From an uncultured Chloroflexia bacterium (GTDB taxonomy: Bacteria; Chloroflexota; Limnocylindria; Limnocylindrales; CSP1-4): a stretch of DNA of 64,000 nt. The notes beneath the pieces were generated by a model. That model did not search any database and had not been told where the DNA came from. It worked only from the letters and a program-made list of their open reading frames with translations. Location: contig CAWFXA010000001.1 in the NCBI GenBank assembly GCA_963819655.1, positions 327,155 to 391,154 on the forward strand, written 5' to 3'. Both the position numbers and the translations under genes were made by a program. How positions within the stretch are numbered: the first letter of the stretch is position 1; every line of letters begins with the position of its first letter. This document shows positions 17,128 through 26,411 of this stretch, piece after piece.

Positions 17128-18357
17128 ATGCTCATCGACATGGATATGACCGCGTTCGACCCGACCGCTCCGCTACCCGGTCCGCCCGACCCGTGGGCGT
17201 CGACCTCACGTCCGAGCACGCGCTCCGGACCGCCGTATCACATGACGGAGATGATCGAGGCCGAACCGGCACTCGCGGACCGGATCCTGACCCGCCACGA
17301 GCCCGTCGGCAGCGGAGCGGCCGAGCTCGCGCGGGTCATCCGCCGGACGATCCGCGCTGGGGACCCGGTCGTCGTGACCGGCTGCGGGACGTCCGAGCAC
17401 GCCGCCTACGGGGTCGCCGAGATCCTGCGCGAGGCCGTGCGCTCAGCTGAGATCAGGGCGCCCGGGCACGCGACGCGCCACGAGCCCGTTGCCGCCCAGG
17501 CGTTCGAGCTATCACTCGACCCACCGTCGACGGGCCTGGTCATCGGCATCTCGCACGAGGGCGGCACGACCGCCACGAACGCGGCTCTCGACGCCGCGCG
17601 CGCGGCCGGTGCCCGCACGGCGATCGTCACGGTGTCGGACCGCTCCCCCGGCGCGGCACTCGCCGATATCGTCGTGGAGACCGACGAGCTCGATCAGAGC
17701 TGGTGTCACACGGTCGGCTATCTGAGCCCCCTGGTCGCGGCGACCGCGGTCGGGGCGCACATCGCGGGCCGCCCCGTGGATGCGGCCTTGCGCGCAGCCG
17801 CACGCGACCTGATCCAGGCCGGCGTCGACCGGGCCGGGATCGCGGAGCCCGTCGCGACCAGGTTGTCGGAGGCGCGCTCCATCATCGCCATCGCGTCCGG
17901 CGCCGATCGCACGGCCGGTCGCGAGCTCGTCCTCAAGATCGAGGAAGGGACGTGGATCCCGGCGGCCTACCGGGACCTCGAGAGCTTCCTGCACGGGCAT
18001 CTCGCCGCCACCGACGAGGCGATGGGGCTCGTTCTCATCCTCGCCGATCGGGACCGACGCGCCGAGCGGCTGGCGCGCGCGACGGGTGCGCTACGGGCTG
18101 CTCGCGGCGTCGGGATGGTCGCCGCGGCGATCGTCGCCGCCGATGCGGCCGTCGACCTGCCGACCGACCTCACCCCCGCGGGGCGGATCGTGATCCCCGA
18201 GGCGCCGGCGCTCCCCGCGTCGGTCGCCGCGCTGCTCGGCACCGCGACGCCGCTCCAGATGCTGACCGAACGGCTGGCGCGGGCACGTGGTGTCAACCCA
18301 GACCCGATCCACCGCGACGTCGACCGATACCGCGAGGCGGCCGAGTCGGCCGAGTGA
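17128..18357 (+). CDS. SIS-domain sugar-phosphate isomerase/deaminase family protein (AgaS / GlmS-C-terminal-like)
   Basis: SIS motif VVVTGCGTSEHAA and a second SIS-like half. The true start may be the internal MTEMIEAEP (~17242). Confidence 0.65.
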   Translation: MLIDMDMTAFDPTAPLPGPPDPWASTSRPSTRSGPPYHMTEMIEAEPALADRILTRHEPVGSGAAELARVIRRTIRAGDPVVVTGCGTSEHAAYGVAEILREAVRSAEIRAPGHATRHEPVAAQAFELSLDPPSTGLVIGISHEGGTTATNAALDAARAAGARTAIVTVSDRSPGAALADIVVETDELDQSWCHTVGYLSPLVAATAVGAHIAGRPVDAALRAAARDLIQAGVDRAGIAEPVATRLSEARSIIAIASGADRTAGRELVLKIEEGTWIPAAYRDLESFLHGHLAATDEAMGLVLILADRDRRAERLARATGALRAARGVGMVAAAIVAADAAVDLPTDLTPAGRIVIPEAPALPASVAALLGTATPLQMLTERLARARGVNPDPIHRDVDRYREAAESAE

Positions 18358-18361
18358 GAGG

Positions 18362-19348
18362 TCAGATCCGGCCGACGAGCTCCTGGCCCATGACATCGAC
18401 CATGTCGAGGTCCCACGGGATGAAGTCCTGGAACATGATCCGCTCGATGCCGGCTTCCGCGAAACGCTCGACCTGAGCGCGGGCGTCATCGGGCGTGCCG
18501 TAGATCCACCGGAGCCGACGCTCCTCGAGCCACGCCTCGCCGGTCTCGGCGTCGGCGCCGAAGGTATCGAGGAGTGTCCGCTCGCGGTCCTCGACCTCGG
18601 CCTGCGTGCGTCCGACGAGGATCCCCGCCATCGTCGAACGGGCCAGCGTCGACGGGTCGCGGCCGATCGCCCGGCACGCCTCGTCGAGTTTTACGCGGAC
18701 CTCCGCCGCACGCGCTGGCGACGCTGAGCTGAGGTTGTACTCGTCCGCATAGCGGGCCGCCAACCTGAATGACCGCGGCGAGCCGCCACTGCCGACGATG
18801 ATCCGCGGACGCCGCCCTCCGGCAGGCGTGGTGGGACGACCCTCCGTCTCGACCGGCCTCGGCCGGAAGAGCGCATCCCGGACGCGGATCCCGGTGATGC
18901 CCTCGAACGACCAACCGTCGGGCTCGCCCCACAGCCCGTGGAGGATCGCGAGCTGGTCCTCGAGCATGTCCGCCCGTCGTTCGATGGGCGGGAAGTCGAG
19001 ACCGAGCTGGCGGTGCTCCTCGTCGTTCCAGCCGGCGCCAACGCCGACCTCGACGCGCCCGCCGCTCATCTCGTCGACGGTCGCGACGACCTTGGCGAAC
19101 ACGCCCGGATGGCGGAACGTCACCGGTGAGACCAGGGCGCCGAGGGTGATCCGCTCCGTCTCGCGCGCAAGCCCGGCGAGCACGGTCCACGCGTCCGTCG
19201 TCGGCTGACCCGACTCGCCCGGGAAGCTCGCAAAATGGTCCGAGCGGAAGAATGCATCGAAGCCGTTCGCTTCGGCGCGCCTCGCCGATGCGAGCTGGTC
19301 GGCGTAGCTCATCCCCTGCTGTGGCTCGAGCATCAGCGCGTATCGCAT
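18362..19348 (-). CDS. LLM-class F420-dependent oxidoreductase
   Basis: Luciferase-like fold (FDAFFRSDHF, GGRVEVGVGAGW). Start taken at MRYALMLEPQQG. Confidence 0.85.
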   Translation of the reverse strand: MRYALMLEPQQGMSYADQLASARRAEANGFDAFFRSDHFASFPGESGQPTTDAWTVLAGLARETERITLGALVSPVTFRHPGVFAKVVATVDEMSGGRVEVGVGAGWNDEEHRQLGLDFPPIERRADMLEDQLAILHGLWGEPDGWSFEGITGIRVRDALFRPRPVETEGRPTTPAGGRRPRIIVGSGGSPRSFRLAARYADEYNLSSASPARAAEVRVKLDEACRAIGRDPSTLARSTMAGILVGRTQAEVEDRERTLLDTFGADAETGEAWLEERRLRWIYGTPDDARAQVERFAEAGIERIMFQDFIPWDLDMVDVMGQELVGRI

Positions 19349-19366
19349 CGGGCACTCCTGCACTCG

Positions 19367-19411
19367 GCGTCAATCATTCCGCTTGACGCGATATTCCATT
19401 CGATTATAGTA
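19367..19411 (+). promoter_or_regulatory. Divergent promoter/operator between the LLM and MarR genes: inverted repeat GCGTCAA-N9-TTGACGC overlapping a sigma-70-like -35 TTGACG and -10 TATAGT (16-nt spacer)
   Basis: Direct reading of an AT-richer island in a 70% GC background. The -10 ends 8 nt before the MarR GTG, so the transcript may be leaderless. Confidence 0.4.
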
Positions 19412-19417
19412 ATTCAC

Positions 19418-20008
19418 GTGACACGAACTATCGCACCCCAGCGACCCACGCCGTCCGTGGCTCCCACGTCGTCGCGCGACCCGTACGCCCCCATCATCGC
19501 CGACTTCCAGGCAGCGATGACGATGATGAGGTGCGCGTCGAGCGAGCGGGTGCTCCGGCTCGGCATCAGCGTCGCCCAACTCCATATCCTGTACACGCTG
19601 AGGCGGAACGGCCAGATGCCGATGAGCCGCCTCGCCGAGGTGCTGAACGTCTCCCTTTCGAATGCGACCGGTCTCATCGACCGGATCGAGGAGCGAGGAT
19701 TCGTCGACCGCACGCGCGTCCCGGAGGACCGCCGGATCGTCCTGATCCGGGTCACCGAGGCCGGCGAGCGGATGCTCACTGAGATCGACGCCCTGAGCGA
19801 TGAGCTGCTGCGCTCGGTCCTCGGGCACCTCGATCGATCGAAGCTTGCGGGTGTCGGCCAGGCGGTCGCCGCGCTGCGCGACGCACTCGGTGTCGCGACC
19901 GGGAGCGAGGCGGCGGATCGCCACAGCGGCTCCATCCCCTCTCCACGATCCTCGTCGACCCTCCGGGGTGTCGAGCGCCCGACCCAGACACACCCACAGA
20001 AGGACTGA
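19418..20008 (+). CDS. MarR-family transcriptional regulator
   Basis: Winged-HTH MarR core (LGISVAQLHILYTLRRNGQMPMSRLAEVLNVSLSNATGLIDRIEERGFVDR..DRRIVLIRVTEAG). GTG start chosen; an alternative ATG lies at 19517. Confidence 0.75.
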   Translation: MTRTIAPQRPTPSVAPTSSRDPYAPIIADFQAAMTMMRCASSERVLRLGISVAQLHILYTLRRNGQMPMSRLAEVLNVSLSNATGLIDRIEERGFVDRTRVPEDRRIVLIRVTEAGERMLTEIDALSDELLRSVLGHLDRSKLAGVGQAVAALRDALGVATGSEAADRHSGSIPSPRSSSTLRGVERPTQTHPQKD

Positions 20009-20012
20009 CCTC

Positions 20013-21698
20013 ATGGAATCTTTCCCCGACGCGAACGGGCGAGGGCCCACGCTCGCCGAGGACCCGGCACTCGGGCTGAGCCACCGCGCGAAGATGGAGA
20101 TCCTCTTCGCAGTCTTGCTCGGTCTGTTCCTGGGTGCACTCGATCAGACGATCGTCGGCCCCGCGCTCCCGACGGTCGTGACCGAACTCTCCGGCAACGA
20201 CCTCTATGTCTGGGCCGTGACGATCTACCTGCTCACGAGCACGATCAGCGTCCCGTTCTGGGGCAAGCTGTCCGATCTGTATGGGCGCAAGCCGATCTTC
20301 ATGATCGGCATCAGCATCTTCCTCGTCGGCTCTGCCCTGTCCGGCCTGAGCCAGAACATGGAGATGCTCATCGTGTTCCGCGGGCTGCAGGGCATCGGCG
20401 CCGGCTCGCTGTTCCCGGTCGCATTGGCAGTCATCGGTGACCTGTTCACTCCGGCCGAACGTGGCAAGTACCAGGGCCTGTTCGGAGCCGTCTTCGGCAT
20501 CGCCTTCATCGTCGGCCCGCTGGTCGGCGGCTTCCTCACCGAACAGATCAGCTGGCATTGGATCTTCTACGTCAACATCCCGATCGGCCTGGTCTCATTG
20601 TTCTTCATCAATCGGCTGCTGCCGACCGTGAAGAACCCACGGGCGACGCGGAACTTCGATGTCCTCGGTGGCGTGATCTTCACCGTCGCGATCTCGTTCC
20701 TGCTCGTCGGGTTGACGAACAAGCAGTTCGGCGAGTGGACTGACACGACGGTCGGTGGATTCATCCTCGTGGGTCTGATCGGCACGGTCCTGTTCGTCCT
20801 CGCAGAAGCGCGGGCCAAGGAGCCGATCATCCCACTCAGCCTGTTCAGGATCCGGACCTACACGACGTCGATGATCGCGACGTTCTTCGCCAGCTTCGCG
20901 TTCTTCGGGGCGATCATCTTCCTGCCGCGCTGGTTCCAGATCGTCGAGGGTTTCAGCCCGACGAACTCCGGTCTCGCGGCACTGCCGCTGATGGTCGGAC
21001 TGATCGCCAGCTCGATCGGCTCGGGCCTGATCGTGGCGCGGACCGGTCGCTACAAGTGGCTCCTCGTCGGAGCGATCGTCCTGATGGGCGTGTCGAGTGC
21101 GCTGATGACGCAATTGACGGCGACGACTCCGCTCGCGCTGGTCTGGTTCTGGATGTTCCTGTCCGGCCTCGGCGTCGGCCCGACGTTCTCGGTCTTCACG
21201 ATCGTCGTGCAGAACGCCGTGCCCTTCCACGAGCTCGGCGTCGCGACCAGCAACCTGACGTTCTTCCGCCAGATCGGCGGCACGGTCGCGCTCGCCATCG
21301 TGGGCACCATCTTCGGGACCACGTTCACGGAGCAGATGGCGCCGCAACTCGCCGCCGCTGGCGTGCCTGCCCAGGTGGTCCAGGGCTTCACCCAGGCCAG
21401 CAATAGTGGTCAGCTGGACTTCAACCAGCTGACGGGCGTCGGTGATCTCGGCGCGACGATCCTGGCCAGCATCCCGGCCGAGGCCAGGCCGTTCATCGAG
21501 CCGTACATCGCCAACATCGTGGCCGGCATCCATCAGGCGTTCAGCCTGGGCGTCGCACAGACGTTCTGGATCGGCGTCGCGGCGGCGATCGTCGCGGCCC
21601 TGGCGGCCGCCGGGATGCAGGAGCTGAGGCTCCGTACGTCAGCGGCGCCCGCTCCTGAGGCACGGCCTCGACTCACGAGTGCACCGGCGGCCGACTGA
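20013..21698 (+). CDS. MFS transporter, DHA2 (EmrB/QacA, 14-TMS) drug-efflux family
   Basis: Motifs LDQTIVGPALP and GKLSDLYGRKPIF. 14 predicted TM helices. RBS AAGGA upstream. Immediately downstream of the MarR gene. Confidence 0.85.
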   Translation: MESFPDANGRGPTLAEDPALGLSHRAKMEILFAVLLGLFLGALDQTIVGPALPTVVTELSGNDLYVWAVTIYLLTSTISVPFWGKLSDLYGRKPIFMIGISIFLVGSALSGLSQNMEMLIVFRGLQGIGAGSLFPVALAVIGDLFTPAERGKYQGLFGAVFGIAFIVGPLVGGFLTEQISWHWIFYVNIPIGLVSLFFINRLLPTVKNPRATRNFDVLGGVIFTVAISFLLVGLTNKQFGEWTDTTVGGFILVGLIGTVLFVLAEARAKEPIIPLSLFRIRTYTTSMIATFFASFAFFGAIIFLPRWFQIVEGFSPTNSGLAALPLMVGLIASSIGSGLIVARTGRYKWLLVGAIVLMGVSSALMTQLTATTPLALVWFWMFLSGLGVGPTFSVFTIVVQNAVPFHELGVATSNLTFFRQIGGTVALAIVGTIFGTTFTEQMAPQLAAAGVPAQVVQGFTQASNSGQLDFNQLTGVGDLGATILASIPAEARPFIEPYIANIVAGIHQAFSLGVAQTFWIGVAAAIVAALAAAGMQELRLRTSAAPAPEARPRLTSAPAAD

Positions 21699-21719
21699 CC
21701 TCGCACCGCTCCTCCTCCA

Positions 21720-21759
21720 CGCCCCCGGTGGTTTCGCCGCCGGGGGCGTTCCTCGTTCC
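21720..21759 (+). terminator. Rho-independent terminator candidate after the MFS gene
   Basis: A 12-bp GC stem CGCCCCCGGTGG / CCGCCGGGGGCG with a 5-nt loop, followed by TTCCTCGTTCC. Confidence 0.5.
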
Positions 21760-21860
21760 CGGCTAGGATTCGCTCGATGCCTCCGGTCCCCGCTCCGTTC
21801 CCCGCTCCGTTCCCGCCCCGGCTCCAGGCGGTCGGGACCGTCGACGCGCCCTATCGGCCG

Positions 21861-22268
21861 ATGCTCGATGTCGCCGACCTGCCCGAGGGCTCGATGCGCC
21901 GAGTGACGGTCGGCGAGCTCGACGTGCTGCTGGCCCACACCGAACGCGGGGTCTTCGCGACCGACGATCGCTGCCCTCACATGTCCGCGCCGCTATCGAT
22001 CGGCGAGCTCGACGGTTGCATCGTCGCCTGCCCACTCCACGACGGTCGGTTCGACCTCGTGAGCGGCGACACCGCGCAGATGCCGACCACGGGTGGACTC
22101 GATGCGGACGGGGTCTACCACCCGACCTGGTCACCGGCCGGAAGGGACCCCAAGGTCGACCCGCCCGGCAAGAAGGCTGAGGCTCGCCGGCTCACGCGCG
22201 TCCGTCGGTTTCGCTACTACCCGGTGCGGGTGGTGGATGGGGTCATCGAGGTGGCGCTGCCGGTCTAG
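21861..22268 (+). CDS. Rieske [2Fe-2S] ferredoxin-like protein
   Basis: Rieske ligand boxes CPHMSAPLS...CIVACPLHDGRF. Start taken at MLDVADLPEGSM; the upstream Pro-rich stretch is probably not translated. Confidence 0.65.
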   Translation: MLDVADLPEGSMRRVTVGELDVLLAHTERGVFATDDRCPHMSAPLSIGELDGCIVACPLHDGRFDLVSGDTAQMPTTGGLDADGVYHPTWSPAGRDPKVDPPGKKAEARRLTRVRRFRYYPVRVVDGVIEVALPV

Positions 22269-22495
22269 GCGCCCCGCCCCGGACGAAGGCCGCGGCCGGT
22301 GTCAGTCTCAGTTGCAGATCCCGAATGAATGAGCACGGGCCAGATACCGAGACTGCAGGTCGCTGCGATCTGGGCGATCGATCGTGCACGGCTGTGCGAA
22401 ATGTGCATCTGGGGCTGACACCCCGGATCGAAAAGACCGGGACAGGCCCTCCGACTGGGGAGGCGGACAGGACCCGCCGTCCCGGCCCGCGGAGC

Positions 22496-23329
22496 CTAAC
22501 TCTCCCCCTGCTCCACGTTCGTCGGCGGCTCGACCGCAGCGGCCGCCGCCCGGTGCCTCTCCTTGTACGTCCCGATGATCGTCACAGCCTCCTCGGGGTC
22601 ATCGGTAAGCCGGAGCAGGTCGACGTCCTCGGGGTCGATCGCCGCCTCCTCGAGGAGCGAGCCGCGGATCCAGTCGATCATGCCGGTCCAGTAGTCGGTG
22701 CCCATGAGGATCACCGGGAAGTCCTGGACCTTCTTGGTCTGGATCAGCGTCAGCGCCTCGAACAGCTCATCGAGCGTCCCGTAGCCGCCCGGGAAGATCA
22801 CGAACGCATCGGCGTACTTCACGAACATGACCTTGCGCGCGAAGAAGTAGCGGAATTCGACGCCGAGATCGACGTATGCGTTGAGCCCCTGCTCCATCGG
22901 CAGCTCGATGTTGCACCCGACCGACAGACCTCCGCCGTCCTGGCAGCCGCGATTGGCGGCCTCCATGATCCCGGGCCCGCCGCCGGTGATGACCGCGTAA
23001 CCGGCCTTGGCGAGCCGCCGACCGAGCTCGCGCGCCTGGCTGTAGTAGCGATGGTCCGGCTTGGTCCGCGCGGATCCGAAGACGCTGACCGCCGGACCGA
23101 CCCCGGCCAGCGCATCGAACCCGTCGACGAACTCGGACAGGATCCGCAGGGAGCGCCACGGGTCCGAGTCGAGAAACTCGGGGCGAGTCGGCCGCTCGAG
23201 AAGGGCTTCGTCCTCGGTGCGCGCCATCCTGCCGGCGAGGTGCGACGCTTCAGGGCGGATCGTCAGGCGGCCGCTCCGGCGGCGATCGGGCTTGTCGGTC
23301 ACGATAGGAAGGATGCCACTCGACGACAT
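22496..23329 (-). CDS. LOG-family protein (cytokinin riboside 5'-monophosphate phosphoribohydrolase / TIGR00730)
   Basis: Motifs VSVFGSAR, ITGGGPGIMEAANRG and IFPGGYGTLDELFE. An alternative start is MARTEDEALL (23227). Confidence 0.85.
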   Translation of the reverse strand: MSSSGILPIVTDKPDRRRSGRLTIRPEASHLAGRMARTEDEALLERPTRPEFLDSDPWRSLRILSEFVDGFDALAGVGPAVSVFGSARTKPDHRYYSQARELGRRLAKAGYAVITGGGPGIMEAANRGCQDGGGLSVGCNIELPMEQGLNAYVDLGVEFRYFFARKVMFVKYADAFVIFPGGYGTLDELFEALTLIQTKKVQDFPVILMGTDYWTGMIDWIRGSLLEEAAIDPEDVDLLRLTDDPEEAVTIIGTYKERHRAAAAAVEPPTNVEQGES

Positions 23330-23344
23330 GCATGAGAGGCCACG

Positions 23345-23530
23345 ATGCGCAGCCGACTGATCGCAGGGATCTTGCTCGCGCTGGTCGGGGCGGTATGGAT
23401 CGGCCAGGGCCTCGGCCTGCTGCGCGGCTCCAGCTTCATGGTCGATGACATTCGCTGGGCCGTGTTGGGAGCCGTGGTGCTGGTCGCCGGCGTCGTGCTC
23501 ATCGTTGCCGCACGACGCCGACGGACCTGA
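23345..23530 (+). CDS. Small two-TM membrane protein (61 aa)
   Basis: Two hydrophobic helices (LIAGILLALVGAVWIG and AVLGAVVLVAGVVLIVAA) ending in RRRRT. Divergent from the LOG gene. Confidence 0.35.
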   Translation: MRSRLIAGILLALVGAVWIGQGLGLLRGSSFMVDDIRWAVLGAVVLVAGVVLIVAARRRRT

Positions 23531-23543
23531 CCAGCGTCTGCGG

Positions 23544-24905
23544 CTAGGACAGGGTCATCGCCACGATGTCGGACCCTGGCTCGTCGTCCACCCACGTGCT
23601 GCCCACCAGCAGGAAGTGGCCATTGGTGGAGTCCTGGCGAAGAGTGACCTCATCCAGGCGAGCGGTCCGTGGGACGCGCTCATTCGTCCAGAGGCCGCCG
23701 GCGTCCCTGACAAAGTGGCGGATCGAGCTGCGATCCTTGAAGACCACGTGCACGGTCCCGTTGTCGAGATCCACTACCAGGGAGGCTGGGGCGATGTGGC
23801 TTGCCAGCCGCTTGACCTGCCAGGATCCGCCGGAATCCGTCGCGAAATAGGTCCCGGGCCTGGGCATCGGTCGTTCTGTGTCGGCACAACCCCCGCCCGA
23901 TGGCTGATGGGCCGCCCATGAGACATAGGCCTTGTTGTCCGGACCGAGAACCAGGTTCGGCCACGAGACCTGCATGCTGCGGCCGTCGAACACGGTTCGG
24001 GTCGAGAGTCGGCCATCCGCCCGCACGACGGCAAAGCGGAGCTTGTTGCCCGTCGAGAACGCGATCCGAGCGAGGCCATCGTCCCCGATCCGCAGCGATG
24101 TTTCGACCGCGCCCGGGATCGGCACCGAGCGGAAACGCGCGCCGGTCAGCCGGCCGTATGAGACGGGTCCCTGGCCATCCTCGGACACGAACGTCTCGTG
24201 GATCACGCCGTCCACGACGCGGAATGATTGCAAGCGGTCGCCGATGGCACCGATCCGCACGGGTGCCGACCAGGCGCCGTCGGGGAGCCGACGCGTTCGG
24301 TAGTACACGCCGACATCGGCGAGCCCATCGTCACCGCAGCCCCCGTCGGTCGGCCGGAGCCGGGTGAACGCCACATAGAGCGTCGATCCGTCCACCGCGA
24401 CCTGGGGATCGACCTCGAAGCGGCGGGCCGGATGCCTGAGCGTCGTGGCGACCCAGGTTCGACCATCCTTCGACGTCGCGTAACGGATACCCATGCCACA
24501 TCGGGCGACGACGTGGAAGCTGCCGGCACCATCGATGGTCGCGACGGGCGCCCAGCACGAACCATCGATGACCGTGCGGGCCTTGGACCACACGGCCGGC
24601 TTGACCACGGCTGGCGGCTTGGGAGTCGGTTTCGGCACAGGGTCCGCGACGACCGGCGCGGACGGCCCCGCGCTGCCGGGTGGTTCCGGCGACGGCTCCG
24701 GATCGACCGCTGCCGTCGAGGGCGACGGGACGCCGGGCGATGGGAGGGGAGGCGTTGCGTCGGGCGCCGACCCGCGGCCTGCGACGGCCGTCTGGCCGCC
24801 GCAGGCCGCAGTCATGACGACCGCCAGAAGGAGCAAGGTCGCCCGCGATGGAGCGAGTGCGTGAGACACGATGACCACCAGTCGTTGTCGGGTGGTCGAC
24901 GCCAT
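23544..24905 (-). CDS. Lipoprotein with BNR/Asp-box (sialidase-like beta-propeller) repeats
   Basis: Lipobox VMTAAC. Pro-rich linker. Asp-box motifs SKDGRTW and TDSGGSW. Confidence 0.65.
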   Translation of the reverse strand: MASTTRQRLVVIVSHALAPSRATLLLLAVVMTAACGGQTAVAGRGSAPDATPPLPSPGVPSPSTAAVDPEPSPEPPGSAGPSAPVVADPVPKPTPKPPAVVKPAVWSKARTVIDGSCWAPVATIDGAGSFHVVARCGMGIRYATSKDGRTWVATTLRHPARRFEVDPQVAVDGSTLYVAFTRLRPTDGGCGDDGLADVGVYYRTRRLPDGAWSAPVRIGAIGDRLQSFRVVDGVIHETFVSEDGQGPVSYGRLTGARFRSVPIPGAVETSLRIGDDGLARIAFSTGNKLRFAVVRADGRLSTRTVFDGRSMQVSWPNLVLGPDNKAYVSWAAHQPSGGGCADTERPMPRPGTYFATDSGGSWQVKRLASHIAPASLVVDLDNGTVHVVFKDRSSIRHFVRDAGGLWTNERVPRTARLDEVTLRQDSTNGHFLLVGSTWVDDEPGSDIVAMTLS

Positions 24906-24959
24906 CGCCGACCTGGTGGAGAAACGCGCATGCCCGGCGTCCTGTTGCGCCGGTGTCGG

Positions 24960-25322
24960 TCAGTTGACAGCCGACTCGGACAGCCACGCCTTCCACACCG
25001 ATTCCGCCCTGCCCGAGGTCACCTCGTTGCCGTGCCGGACCAGCGGCAGGCGGAGCAGGCGGACGTCCACGAGAAGACGCTCGACGATCGCGGCATCGTC
25101 CATCGACAGGTAGGCCAGACCACCATCCCGATAGGCCCTGGATCCCTCGTCGATCAGGGCACGAGCGCCCAACCGGTCGACGAAGCGGCGCAGCTCGGCA
25201 GGTGCGATCCGTCGCTTGCGCAGGTCGACGAAGGACACGACGATGCGCCGCTCGCGGAAGAACCGTTGTGCGGCACGCGTCCCCGGATCGTTGTCGAGCC
25301 CGAAGACCTGGATGTCCGGCAT
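24960..25322 (-). CDS. ArsC/Spx/YffB-family thioredoxin-fold protein, Cys-less variant
   Basis: Family topology IQVFGLDNDPGTRAAQRFFRERRI...LGARALIDEGSRAYRDGGL...LLRLPLVRHG. The N-terminal catalytic Cys is replaced (LDNDPGT). Confidence 0.55.
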   Translation of the reverse strand: MPDIQVFGLDNDPGTRAAQRFFRERRIVVSFVDLRKRRIAPAELRRFVDRLGARALIDEGSRAYRDGGLAYLSMDDAAIVERLLVDVRLLRLPLVRHGNEVTSGRAESVWKAWLSESAVN

Positions 25323-25420
25323 CTTCCGTGTCGGCGTCCGCCCGAGGGGTGCAGGCATGGCCGCGAGCGTATCGCACCGTCGCGACCGGGTACCATCGAC
25401 CGACCACAGGAGGTGTCCGC

Positions 25421-25708
25421 GTGACGGTCTGGTTCACGGTCCAGCTCGCCGATCAGCCCGGCTCGCTCGCGCGTGTCGCGGTCGCGCTCGCGGAACGCAA
25501 CGTGAACATCACCGGGATCGTGGGCGTGGCCGAGGACACCGACGGGGCGTTGATGCTGACGACATCAGATGCCGCCGCCACCCGGTCGGCCTTCGAGAGC
25601 CTGGGTCTGGCCTTCGAGGAGCACGATCCGGGCGGCGACGTCCAGCCGGAGTCGATGACCGTGGGCGACCTGCGACCCGGGGCCGCCGGACGCGGCTCGC
25701 TCGGCTGA
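25421..25708 (+). CDS. Stand-alone ACT-domain protein
   Basis: AGGAGG RBS 8 nt upstream of the GTG. The ACT beta-alpha-beta-beta-alpha-beta signature is VWFTVQLADQPGSLARVAVALAERNVNITGI. Confidence 0.6.
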   Translation: MTVWFTVQLADQPGSLARVAVALAERNVNITGIVGVAEDTDGALMLTTSDAAATRSAFESLGLAFEEHDPGGDVQPESMTVGDLRPGAAGRGSLG

Positions 25709-25725
25709 CCCGCGACGACCGCGCG

Positions 25726-26403
25726 ATGCCCCGACGCCAGGTCGCGCCGACCGCCGCGATCCGGTTCGACATCGTCGATGGGCCGGACTCGACGGTGACG
25801 GTCGGAGGCGCCGTGTCGGCGATCGGCGGCCGAATCCGGACCCTGGCGACGGTCCGCCCGATCGAGAGTGACCCGCCGCAGGTCGAGATCGAGCTCGAGG
25901 TCGAAGGCGTCACCGAGGATGCGTTGGTCGAGGCCTTCGACGACTTGCCTCAGATCCGCGCCATCCACCGGACGCGCGCGCTCGGCACGGTCTTCGGCAA
26001 GCGCATCATCGTCGTCGGCGGAGGCGCACAGGTCGCCCAGGTCGCGCTCGGTGCTGTTAGCGAGGCGGACCGCCACAACCTGCGCGGGGAGCGGATCTCG
26101 GTCGACACGATCCCGTTGGTCGGCGAGGCGGACATCGCGGCCGCGGTCCGGGCCGTAGCCGACCTGCCGCGGGCCCGGCTTCTTGTCCTTGCCGGCTCGA
26201 TCATGGGCGGCGACATCAGCGCGGCGGCCGACGAGCTGCGCGCGGTCGGCATCCCGATCATCGCGCTGAACATGGTCGGCTCGATCACGGATCACGTGGA
26301 TCTCGTGGTGTCCGACCCGGTCCAGGCCGGGACGATGGCGGTCATGGCTGTGGCCGATACCGCGACGTTCGACCTCGAACGCCAGCGCGGCCGGCGCTAC
26401 TGA
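25726..26403 (+). CDS. Hypothetical protein: ACT-like N-terminal region plus a Gly-rich Rossmann-like C-terminal domain
   Basis: GKRIIVVGGGAQVAQVALG followed by LLVLAGSIMGGD. Co-directional with, and 17 nt downstream of, the ACT gene. Confidence 0.5.
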   Translation: MPRRQVAPTAAIRFDIVDGPDSTVTVGGAVSAIGGRIRTLATVRPIESDPPQVEIELEVEGVTEDALVEAFDDLPQIRAIHRTRALGTVFGKRIIVVGGGAQVAQVALGAVSEADRHNLRGERISVDTIPLVGEADIAAAVRAVADLPRARLLVLAGSIMGGDISAAADELRAVGIPIIALNMVGSITDHVDLVVSDPVQAGTMAVMAVADTATFDLERQRGRRY

Positions 26404-26411
26404 GGACTGGG

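Noticed and set aside
22269-22495. Possible bidirectional terminator hairpins (GGCCGCGGCC; GGCGG-N8-CCGCC) between the Rieske ferredoxin and LOG genes
   Set aside because: The stems are short, no U-tract follows on either strand, and GC-rich palindromes of this size occur by chance at this GC content. Not called as features.
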